Assembly: GCA_963677925.2 (NCBI GenBank)
Contig: CAXXYH010000003.1
Coordinates: 876,621 to 900,620, forward strand
Direction: 5' to 3'
Source of the DNA: Spirochaetia bacterium
Lineage (GTDB): Bacteria; Spirochaetota; Spirochaetia; UBA9216
DNA length: 24,000 nt
Part shown: one piece after another, positions 17,521 to 24,000 of the stretch
How the letters are laid out: every line of letters starts with the position of its first letter
Numbering within the stretch: the stretch's first letter is position 1
Translations under genes and position numbers: made by a program
The notes under the pieces: generated by a model
Database searches by the model: none
Told to the model about the DNA's origin: nothing
The model's input: the letters and a program-made list of their open reading frames with translations, nothing else

Positions 17521-18477
17521 TCAGGGATACTGAAAAACACCAAGATTCTCCCTGGCTGCTGTCCATGCGGCAGGGATGTCTTTTCCGAGGCTGTAAAGGC
17601 TGACAATGGATCCTACAATGGCACAGGTGGTGTCCCTGTCTCCCAATCCTGCGACGGTATTCCATAAAGCTTCGGCATAGTCATCATAAAACCTCTCAAC
17701 TATCCAGAGACAGAAGGGCACAGTATCTACAGCAAGGATATTCTGCCCTGTACCGAGAATACCGGCAGCATCGTATGCAGTGGTTGTGCCGGGCAGGTTT
17801 CCGGCCTTCTCCACCTCATCTTTGAGCGTTCCGGCGGCAAGATATCTGATGACATATTCAAAAAGCCCCGGAACTTCATTGCGCCTGGTCTTCTGAACAA
17901 CCCAGGAAGCTGCAAGTGCAACAGCTGCAGCGCCCTCCTGCCCTTCGGAGTGCATATGGGTTACCTGAGCGGAGAGCCTTGCCTCTGCAGCTGCTTTTTC
18001 CGGATTATCCCAGAAATATGCGCCGACCGGACCGACCCTCATTGCAGAACCGTTCCCGCATGAGCCCTGACCGTCAAAAGCTGCGGCGGAGAGGGTTTTC
18101 CAGTCAGAATCGTACATATAGTTGCCAAGCATGGCGTGAATACCTCTTCCGTAGCCTCTGGCCGGATCCTTCCTGTATTGCACAAGAAACTGCTTTGCCA
18201 GAAAGTCCCGGTCGATACGCGTGCGGGAAATCAGTGTTTTTACTATAGATATTCCCATCACAGTATCATCTGTACACTTCCAGGGCGGATCAGGCAGAAT
18301 GCGTGAGTCAATTTTAGGAATAACTTCATCGTGATACCCGAAAAATTGTTCACCGAATGCATCTCCGACAGAAAGCCCCTGCAGGCTGATATCCGCAAGC
18401 TGTACACGTTCTGTTTTATCTTTAATTTCTAGCAATTTGTGACCACCTGAAATCCTTCTTCCTTGCTGGTCTCCCAT
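17521..18477 (-). CDS. ADP-ribosylglycohydrolase (ARH/DraG) family protein, copy 1
   Basis: ARH motif series GLSVGDAFGE, CTDDTVMG, GSCGNGSAMRVGP, THMHSEG and GLGDRDTTCAIVGSI. The ATG at 18477 overlaps the upstream Nudix gene by 49 nt. An alternative TTG at 18435 is preceded by AGGTGG at a 7-nt spacing and overlaps by only 7 nt. Confidence 0.85.
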   Translation of the reverse strand: MGDQQGRRISGGHKLLEIKDKTERVQLADISLQGLSVGDAFGEQFFGYHDEVIPKIDSRILPDPPWKCTDDTVMGISIVKTLISRTRIDRDFLAKQFLVQYRKDPARGYGRGIHAMLGNYMYDSDWKTLSAAAFDGQGSCGNGSAMRVGPVGAYFWDNPEKAAAEARLSAQVTHMHSEGQEGAAAVALAASWVVQKTRRNEVPGLFEYVIRYLAAGTLKDEVEKAGNLPGTTTAYDAAGILGTGQNILAVDTVPFCLWIVERFYDDYAEALWNTVAGLGDRDTTCAIVGSIVSLYSLGKDIPAAWTAARENLGVFQYP

Positions 18478-19121
18478 GTCTCATAATCGAAGCGATAGAA
18501 TCTTGCCGCCCTGTGGGAAACATCCTGTTCAAAGCGTTCAAGCGGAATCAGCATTCCTGTCTTGTGAAGCTTCTTCTGAAAATTCCTGCGGTCAAGTGCT
18601 GTCCCGAGTATCAGTTCATATAGATGCTGGACCTGCCTTAGGGTAAACTCTTCCGGAAGAAATTCAAATACAAGAGGCCAACGCTTTACTTTCTGCTGAA
18701 GTTTTGAAAGAGCATCTGTGAGGATCTGTCCGTGATCAAAAGCAGTTCGTGGAAGTTGAGAGACAGGAAACCAGGCTGCCTCACTTGCATCAGTATCAGC
18801 CTTCACATCATGGTCGAAAAGATTGACGATTGCGAAGTAAGCAATAGTGATCACCCGTTCTCTGGGGTCTCTACCGGGTTTGCCGTATGAACCGAACTCT
18901 TCAAGGTAGATGTTTTCAACACCGGTCTCTTCGCGCAGCTCTCTTTTGGCGGCATCAGGGATATCCTCATCAATACCGACAAATCCTCCGGGGATTGCCC
19001 AGCTGTCTTTAAAAGGTTCAAGCAGCCTTTTTATCAGCAGAACCTTAAGTTCATTATTATCAAGTCCAAAAACCACGCAGTCTACTGTAACTGCCGGATG
19101 CGGGTATTTATACTGGTACAT
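18429..19121 (-). CDS. NrtR-like regulator: Nudix hydrolase domain fused to a C-terminal winged-helix DNA-binding domain
   Basis: From the ATG at 19121: MYQYKYPHPAVTVDCVVF. Complete Nudix box GFVGIDEDIPDAAKRELREETGV (GX5EX7REUXEEXGU). C-terminal FTLRQVQHLYELILGTALDRRNFQKKLHKTGML resembles the NrtR wHTH region. The ATG lies 11 nt upstream of the preceding gene's stop codon (14-nt overlap). The track start at 19220 would add 33 aa and a 113-nt overlap. Confidence 0.8.
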   Translation of the reverse strand: MYQYKYPHPAVTVDCVVFGLDNNELKVLLIKRLLEPFKDSWAIPGGFVGIDEDIPDAAKRELREETGVENIYLEEFGSYGKPGRDPRERVITIAYFAIVNLFDHDVKADTDASEAAWFPVSQLPRTAFDHGQILTDALSKLQQKVKRWPLVFEFLPEEFTLRQVQHLYELILGTALDRRNFQKKLHKTGMLIPLERFEQDVSHRAARFYRFDYETWETSKEEGFQVVTNC

Positions 19122-20607
19122 CTGTAATCCTGTCCTTCCGGCAGATTTGGTTTCTGCCGTTTTCCTTAGCGCATCTAGTACGTTCGCTTGTTCTCTGAAT
19201 AAAGTCGATAAGCTGATCATCCTTATGCGATAACTCCGCTACACCGACACTGAGGGTTATTGTAAAACGGCTTCCGTCGTAGGCATTAATCTGTGCCTCG
19301 CCCGCATTTATCCATATACGCTCGGCGACCTCATATGCTTCATCCTCATTTGTATCAGGCAGTACAACACACATTTCTTCCCCGCCGTATCTGGCAACCC
19401 AGTCCACTGTACGAACAGAGCCCTTAATTACTTCAGCCACATGCTGGAGAGCCCGGTCACCGGTCGGCCATCCGTAGGTCTTGTTGACCTGACCGAAGAA
19501 ATCTATATCAACAAAGATAAGTGATAGAGGATGTTTGTATTCCCTGGCCCTGTCAAACTCACGCTTCATCCTGCGGTTGAAATATCCGCGGTCAAAGAGA
19601 GCTGTCAGTCCGTCGGTATCCGCCTGCTGCGCCATACTGCTAACGAACTTCCGGCTGCTGGATGATAGCGCCGCAGTAAGCCTGTCTGTAAGAACTTTAA
19701 CCCTGTTTTCAAAGTATTTTATCATCACATCCGCCGGGTCTGATTCAGGATTATCGGTTCCGCCGGCAACTTCCACCCTGTTGCGTCCTGCACCCTTTGC
19801 CATGTACAGGGCGCTGTCAGCCTCGTTGAACATCTCCTCACTGTCCATAGGTGTATCGGCAACACAGATTCCAATACTGATTGAAACAGAAAAATCACCT
19901 TTAATTTCAACTCCGGAGACTAAATCCTTAATATCAATCTGCTCAACCTCTCTACGGATAAAATCAGCAGCTCCTGCAGCCTGCTGTCTGTTCATTCTGC
20001 TTACAACCGCAAATTCATCACCGCCCATGCGGCAGATCCCGTTTTCACCGGTCATGCAGTTCCGGAGAATACCAGCAATTCTTCGAAGCAGCCTGTCTCC
20101 GTTTTGAAAACCGAAGGTGTCATTGATTATTTTAAAATTATCTATATCCATCATCATAAGTGAAACAGGTTTCTCAGATTCATTCATAAACAGTTCGAAC
20201 CTTAGACGTCTTGAAATTTCACTCCGTGGAAGAAGTCCGGTTAACGGATCTGTAAGCGACATTTTTAGCGACCGCTGTCTTGCATGAGTGTTTATACAGA
20301 ATCTTACCAGATGAAGTGTAAAGTTTTCGTCAAAGGATGAGGAAAGTACAACACTGTCTTCCGGCAGCAGTTTCCGCAGCCATACTGACTCAAGCTCATC
20401 AGGAACAATTACAAGTGACGGGATCGACATTTTTCGGTAGAAATCCTGAGCATCGCAGTATTTGTCCCATCTGCGGGCGTCGAAGATTCTGACATCCGCT
20501 CCTGCCGGAACCTGAGTAAATCTGTAATTGATCTTCTGAAAACTCACCTGTTTTACAGGAAATTTCGTATCGCCTTCCCAGATTATTTTATAGCTGAAAG
20601 TTTTCAA
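19108..20607 (-). CDS. Tandem-GGDEF diguanylate cyclase with an N-terminal receiver-like domain of unknown type
   Basis: 499 aa. Domain 1: LTDPLTGLLPR, MDIDNFKIINDTFG, RMGGDEFAV. Domain 2: DGLTALFDRGYF, VDIDFFGQVNKTYG, RTVDWVARYGGEEMCV (GGEEM with RxxD five residues upstream). TTG start at 20607, preceded by AAGGAG at a 6-nt spacing. Confidence 0.9.
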   Translation of the reverse strand: MKTFSYKIIWEGDTKFPVKQVSFQKINYRFTQVPAGADVRIFDARRWDKYCDAQDFYRKMSIPSLVIVPDELESVWLRKLLPEDSVVLSSSFDENFTLHLVRFCINTHARQRSLKMSLTDPLTGLLPRSEISRRLRFELFMNESEKPVSLMMMDIDNFKIINDTFGFQNGDRLLRRIAGILRNCMTGENGICRMGGDEFAVVSRMNRQQAAGAADFIRREVEQIDIKDLVSGVEIKGDFSVSISIGICVADTPMDSEEMFNEADSALYMAKGAGRNRVEVAGGTDNPESDPADVMIKYFENRVKVLTDRLTAALSSSSRKFVSSMAQQADTDGLTALFDRGYFNRRMKREFDRAREYKHPLSLIFVDIDFFGQVNKTYGWPTGDRALQHVAEVIKGSVRTVDWVARYGGEEMCVVLPDTNEDEAYEVAERIWINAGEAQINAYDGSRFTITLSVGVAELSHKDDQLIDFIQRTSERTRCAKENGRNQICRKDRITDVPV

Positions 20608-20644
20608 TAGAGGCTCCTTTTTTAAATAATGCTATAGCGGCCTT

Positions 20645-20667
20645 CTTAGTGTGTTATTTACACTTAG
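20645..20667. promoter_or_regulatory. Inverted repeat CTTAGTGT-N7-ACACTTAG; candidate NrtR-type operator in front of the GGDEF/NrtR-like/ARH/phosphatase genes
   Basis: 8-bp arms with one mismatch and a 7-nt spacer (gttattt), giving a GT-N7-AC core. Lies 38-60 nt upstream of the TTG start at 20607, in the only sizeable (110 bp) intergenic gap of the cluster. No T-tract follows on the minus strand, so it does not look like a terminator. Confidence 0.35.
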
Positions 20668-20717
20668 ATAAGTTTATACCTGAATAGGTTTTTTTTCAAA
20701 TAAAATATGCGGTTTTT

Positions 20718-21809
20718 TCACAATTCAGGAAGCTCATCATAGACGCCCCCTTCAAGTGAACCTGTCGTAAAATTATACCGCTCCACAGAACGCATATCTT
20801 CATGCAGGGGCAGGTTTTCTATCTTACGGATTTTTTCTCTAATACTCTGTCTGAACGCTGTTACAGCCTTCCATGTATGAGGAACAGAAGGGCATTTTCT
20901 GATAACCTCCGGAAGATGGGAACGTTCTGCTACTTTCACAATATCAAAGGCAAAAAGAAATCCCATAACCGGCCAGAAGGCAAACTTATCTTTGGATTTA
21001 AATTTACGGTTCAGATATACAGGAACTTCTTCATTTCCGTAATATCCTTCAATTCCTCCCAGAATAAATCCTGCAACCGTGGATCTGAACGTCTGCTTAT
21101 CATAGATATACTCAATGCAGTTTTTATAAAAAATAAAGGAAGCTGCAGAATTATCAAGACCCAGAGAGCCCAGATATCCGCCGATCCGCTGCAGTTCACT
21201 TACTGCGCGAAGCGCGGATGCGTCAGAAACATCGTTGAATCTGTCAGCCCCCAGTCCGACTGTGAAAAGGAGTTTAGGTATATCACAGGACAGCAGTGAT
21301 ATAGCAGTGACCGATACAAGATCCTCGATAACGTCTCCAAGACCGGCTTCATCTCCGGTCATAAGAGAGTCGGAACCTCCATCAACTGCAATAATACAGT
21401 CGACAGAATGCTTCTCACATAAATATTCATACAGTCTTTTCAGTTTTCCGACGTTAAAGTCTCTGGCATAATAGGCGTAAACGGAGTGCAAGGTCTCAGG
21501 GTAGACAGCATCAAGATATCTGCATACATTTATCTCGGGAGCATAATGAGGATCCGGGGTAATTGAGCCTGTACAGAGTTTGATTTGAATGTCATTTATC
21601 CCTGGAATATTCAGCATTTCACAATTGATCTTATCAGTTAGACCGAATGAATAGCTTCCTATCACAACATTCTTGTTCAGCTCCATCAGCGCAGGATAAA
21701 GCAGCATCCCGTGAATGAAATCAAACCCCCCGCCGCATCCCACAAGCAGAACATTTTTTATCTCAGGATTTCTTAGTATCTCAAGAAATTTCGGTTCTAA
21801 AAGGTTCAA
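20718..21809 (-). CDS. Uncharacterised protein with a Gly-rich Rossmann-like N-terminus; resembles the DUF1152 family (tentative)
   Basis: 363 aa. NVLLVGCGGGFDFIHG near the N-terminus and IIAVDGGSDSLMTGDEAGLGDVIEDL mid-protein. The family assignment is from memory of these motifs. TTG start at 21809, with an in-frame TAA two codons upstream and AAGGAG 11 nt upstream. Confidence 0.5.
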   Translation of the reverse strand: MNLLEPKFLEILRNPEIKNVLLVGCGGGFDFIHGMLLYPALMELNKNVVIGSYSFGLTDKINCEMLNIPGINDIQIKLCTGSITPDPHYAPEINVCRYLDAVYPETLHSVYAYYARDFNVGKLKRLYEYLCEKHSVDCIIAVDGGSDSLMTGDEAGLGDVIEDLVSVTAISLLSCDIPKLLFTVGLGADRFNDVSDASALRAVSELQRIGGYLGSLGLDNSAASFIFYKNCIEYIYDKQTFRSTVAGFILGGIEGYYGNEEVPVYLNRKFKSKDKFAFWPVMGFLFAFDIVKVAERSHLPEVIRKCPSVPHTWKAVTAFRQSIREKIRKIENLPLHEDMRSVERYNFTTGSLEGGVYDELPEL

Positions 21810-21829
21810 AGCTTATAGTTCTCCTTTCA

Positions 21830-22897
21830 TTATAATTCCTTCATGGCCCTGACAATGGGAAGTTTATCAATATTTTTAAATAACACTTTATCATTCTCCT
21901 CAAGAAGAGCCCACGGGAAAGTTTCATCCTTCATATCAAGAAAATCCTGTTTGACATCTTCACCGCTGCGGGCCCGTATAAAGTAATCAATTAATCTTTC
22001 AATGTAATCATGGTTTTCAATCACTGATAAAAGCCTTTCCGGAATGCTTTCTATTCCCAGATAAGCGCCGCTCAGGGCACAGGCCATGGATGAAATTGTA
22101 TCGGTATCACCGCCTGCGCTGACTGCTTCATAAAGGCAGTCCTCAAAAGAATCCCTGTTCCTTAAGAAGGTAAGAATAGAAAAAGGAAGCGATTCAACTG
22201 CCGTCTCATCCCGAAGAAAGGAGTTCATGCATCCGTCCGAATCAACCCCCTTATTCAATAGTATCCTGTTTTTTTCCAAAGCTTCTCTGAACCCTCCGGT
22301 TGAAGAAACTTTAAGCAGTTCAGCTATAAAATCATCGTTACTGATTTTATCAGCATCTAAAGCAAGCGCTGCAGCCTTTGCCATAATTACAGCTGAATCA
22401 ACGCCCAGCGGATGGATGTGGGTTGTTCGGGCTGATTTTACCGCATTCTTTTTTATAAGCCGGGGTCTGTTGCTGAACCACAGTCCGATTGGAGCAACCC
22501 GCATACAGGCGCCGTTCCCCATAGAACCGCTGCTGTTTTTGTATAAAAGCTCGCTGACAAAGCGGTTCAGCTTCTTTGAGGACACACCCGCTGTATCCTT
22601 TCGGATATTGAAAAGGAAATAGGTACCGGTACCGTATGCCCGATCGAGATTTGCAAGATGATCATACATAAAGATATCGGCCAGCTGCTCAAGTCTGATT
22701 CTTCCATGTATAATAAGCTGCTGACAAACTCCGAAGGTCATCAAAGAATCGTCTGTGTAGCGTATTACCTCGGACTTTTGGAGTTCGGTTTCAATCTCAG
22801 CTTTGTCCCCTGCGCCGAAATTCTCACCGATTGCGTCACCGATGACGGCACCAAAGAGGCATCCTCTGATTTTTTTATTAAGTTCTTTATCAGTCAT
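21830..22897 (-). CDS. ADP-ribosylglycohydrolase (ARH/DraG) family protein, copy 2, with a C-terminal extension
   Basis: GAVIGDAIGE, YTDDSLMT, GSMGNGACMRVAPIG, THIHPLG and SAGGDTDTISSMACALSGAYLG, then about 60 extra C-terminal residues. The ATG overlaps the upstream HDAC-family stop (ATGA). Confidence 0.85.
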   Translation of the reverse strand: MTDKELNKKIRGCLFGAVIGDAIGENFGAGDKAEIETELQKSEVIRYTDDSLMTFGVCQQLIIHGRIRLEQLADIFMYDHLANLDRAYGTGTYFLFNIRKDTAGVSSKKLNRFVSELLYKNSSGSMGNGACMRVAPIGLWFSNRPRLIKKNAVKSARTTHIHPLGVDSAVIMAKAAALALDADKISNDDFIAELLKVSSTGGFREALEKNRILLNKGVDSDGCMNSFLRDETAVESLPFSILTFLRNRDSFEDCLYEAVSAGGDTDTISSMACALSGAYLGIESIPERLLSVIENHDYIERLIDYFIRARSGEDVKQDFLDMKDETFPWALLEENDKVLFKNIDKLPIVRAMKEL

Positions 22898-23901
22898 TTT
22901 ATGCTTCGAAACAGCTCGCTCATATGAGCCGCCGCGGAGTTCACAGTTACATCAAGCTCATATCCGCCTCCGGGCAGGGAAACAACCGGAGCATTGTATT
23001 TATTCGAAACTTCAATGACAGTCCTTGTCATCATAGCAAAATCCTCATACTCAAACTTGGTCACATACTTTCCGCAGTCAAGGGTATGTCCGTCATGTCC
23101 GTCGAAGACAAAGATCATATCCGGTGTGAACGGAAGCGTTTCAAGTTCTAATCGGAACTGTTCCATTACATTCTCAGCCCTGAAGACATCACCCTTCAGC
23201 CCGAGTTCATCATGGAAAAAATCATCGGTATAGTTTTCATCAAGAACCGGAATACTGCAGTGGCCGACAGAAGATGAATATACAGTAGTTCCGAGCTCGA
23301 TTGATTTAACCATACTCATGTACAGGTCGACTGCACTGTGAATATCTATGATGTAAACCGAACTGTCATTCTCAAATATTGTCTGGGTTCCGTCTCCATG
23401 ATGAAAATCCCAGTCAATGATTAGGATATTCCTGAATCCGGATTTCTGCGCATACCGTGCCGCGGCTGCCATGGAATTCAGCAGACAGTAGCCATGCCCC
23501 CTGGATGGAAATGCATGATGACTGGGCTGGGTAAAACAGTATGCCCTATCCAGGACTCCCCTTTTCATCAGATCGACTGCTGAATAAAGACCGCCAAGAC
23601 CGTATTCAAAGCCGGGAAGAGCCAGAGGCAGATTGAAGCATTCCGCACTTATAGTCAGATCAGCCTGTTCATCACCGCCTGCAAAGGCTTTGATTGCATC
23701 AAGATACTCTTTGCCATGAACCGACTTGAACTCATCAAACTCAACCCTGTTCAGAGGCAGTTCAGGTACCCTCAGTTCCTTTCTGATCCCTGCCCGGACC
23801 TTATCATAATAATCAAGCGACTGGCCAATGAATTCAATCTCGTTCATCGGCTTTATTGTCATACAGGTTTCAGGATGGAAATACGTTCCGAAAGTTTTCA
23901 T
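22894..23901 (-). CDS. Zn-dependent deacetylase of the histone deacetylase / acetylpolyamine amidohydrolase family
   Basis: 335 aa. PSHHAFPSRGHGYCLLNS (catalytic HH), IIDWDFHHGDGTQ (D-x-H metal ligands), FDGHDGHTLD and LPGGGYEL (catalytic Tyr). No clear SD. An AT-rich 99 bp stretch lies upstream, up to the window edge. Confidence 0.88.
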   Translation of the reverse strand: MKTFGTYFHPETCMTIKPMNEIEFIGQSLDYYDKVRAGIRKELRVPELPLNRVEFDEFKSVHGKEYLDAIKAFAGGDEQADLTISAECFNLPLALPGFEYGLGGLYSAVDLMKRGVLDRAYCFTQPSHHAFPSRGHGYCLLNSMAAAARYAQKSGFRNILIIDWDFHHGDGTQTIFENDSSVYIIDIHSAVDLYMSMVKSIELGTTVYSSSVGHCSIPVLDENYTDDFFHDELGLKGDVFRAENVMEQFRLELETLPFTPDMIFVFDGHDGHTLDCGKYVTKFEYEDFAMMTRTVIEVSNKYNAPVVSLPGGGYELDVTVNSAAAHMSELFRSIK

Positions 23902-24000
23902 TAACTTAATTATGTACTATTTGAAGTGATCAGACATTAATTTTTTATATGTTTATCCGTTTTTTGCTTAAAACAATCAAAATCTGCGGATGATTATCTG

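Noticed and set aside
17504-17665. N-terminal 54 codons of the 16946..17665 ORF (MEYRRRIGRQGHHLCHCRIHC...)
   Set aside because: This part overlaps the 3' end of the upstream ARH gene by 145 nt and has a Cys/His/Arg-rich composition. An internal ATG at 17503 has an AAGG SD and sits 17 nt after the ARH stop. It is more likely a frame artefact than a metal-binding extension.
19122-19220. N-terminal 33 codons of the 18429..19220 ORF (MISLSTLFREQANVLDALRK...)
   Set aside because: This would overlap the cyclase gene by 113 nt. The ATG at 19121 gives an N-terminus (MYQYKYPHPAVTVD) like that of NrtR/Nudix proteins and a short coupling-type overlap.
20608-20717. Possible sigma70 promoter (TTGAAA ... 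TATAAA on the minus strand) or terminator in the gap between the DUF1152-like gene and the GGDEF gene
   Set aside because: The -35/-10 spacing is only 14 nt. No GC-rich hairpin with a following T-tract is present on the minus strand. Only the inverted repeat is reported.
20718-23901. Impression that the first three genes of the cluster are more AT-rich than the housekeeping genes, which could indicate horizontal acquisition
   Set aside because: The impression rests on hand counts of only a few 60-nt lines (32-50% GC here, against about 50% in one proS line), which is far too noisy. It needs a sliding-window GC and codon-usage calculation before any claim. No integrase, tRNA or direct repeats flank the region.
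389-23904. Many 60-190 aa ORFs in the track lie antisense to, or out of frame within, the long genes. Examples are 1337..1699, 2927..3346, 5916..6203, 6221..6703, 7140..7475, 9169..9582, 15174..15497, 17916..18248, 19535..20107, 20802..21299 and 22227..22622.
   Set aside because: Each lies entirely inside a longer ORF that carries clear family motifs. Their translations are low-complexity (Ser/Pro/Ala/Leu-rich) with no recognisable motifs, as expected for shadow ORFs.
1-24000. Search for CRISPR arrays, tRNA/rRNA genes, IS elements, long direct repeats, and toxin-antitoxin or known phage-defence gene signatures
   Set aside because: None was seen. Apart from the 16163..16401 gap, intergenic gaps are 122 bp or less. 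No periodic repeat-spacer pattern, no transposase or integrase motifs, and no cloverleaf-sized GC-rich segments were noticed by eye. A computational scan would be needed to be definitive.

Overview
This window looks like compact bacterial chromosome with about 24 protein genes. Coding density is high, several convergent gene pairs lie 2-28 bp apart or overlap, and I found no rRNA, tRNA, CRISPR array, transposase or integrase. The taxon cannot be set from sequence alone. The gene content (eukaryote-type hexokinase-family kinase, hgcAB, several GGDEF proteins) suggests an anaerobe, possibly a spirochaete, but that is a guess.

Most genes are housekeeping: fumC, aroK-aroC, serS-pncB, proS, an SDR-cupin pair, arsC, and a LacI regulator divergent from a hexokinase-family kinase.

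Two regions stand out:
- **8.67-10.46 kb:** a translationally coupled marR-like/hgcA/hgcB mercury-methylation operon. The HgcA cap-helix motif NVWCAAGKGTF and the HgcB C-terminal CC are read directly from the translation. The operon ends 2 bp from a convergent thioredoxin-type arsC.
- **16.9-23.9 kb:** a seven-gene minus-strand cluster encoding an HDAC-type deacetylase, an ADP-ribosylglycohydrolase, a DUF1152-like protein, a tandem-GGDEF cyclase, an NrtR-like Nudix/wHTH regulator, a second ADP-ribosylglycohydrolase and a CX5R phosphatase-like protein. It is the best candidate here for an undescribed ADP-ribose/NAD-linked signalling system wired to c-di-GMP. A GT-N7-AC-type inverted repeat sits in its only sizeable internal intergenic gap.

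All functional calls rest on motif recognition by eye in the supplied translations. No database search was run.
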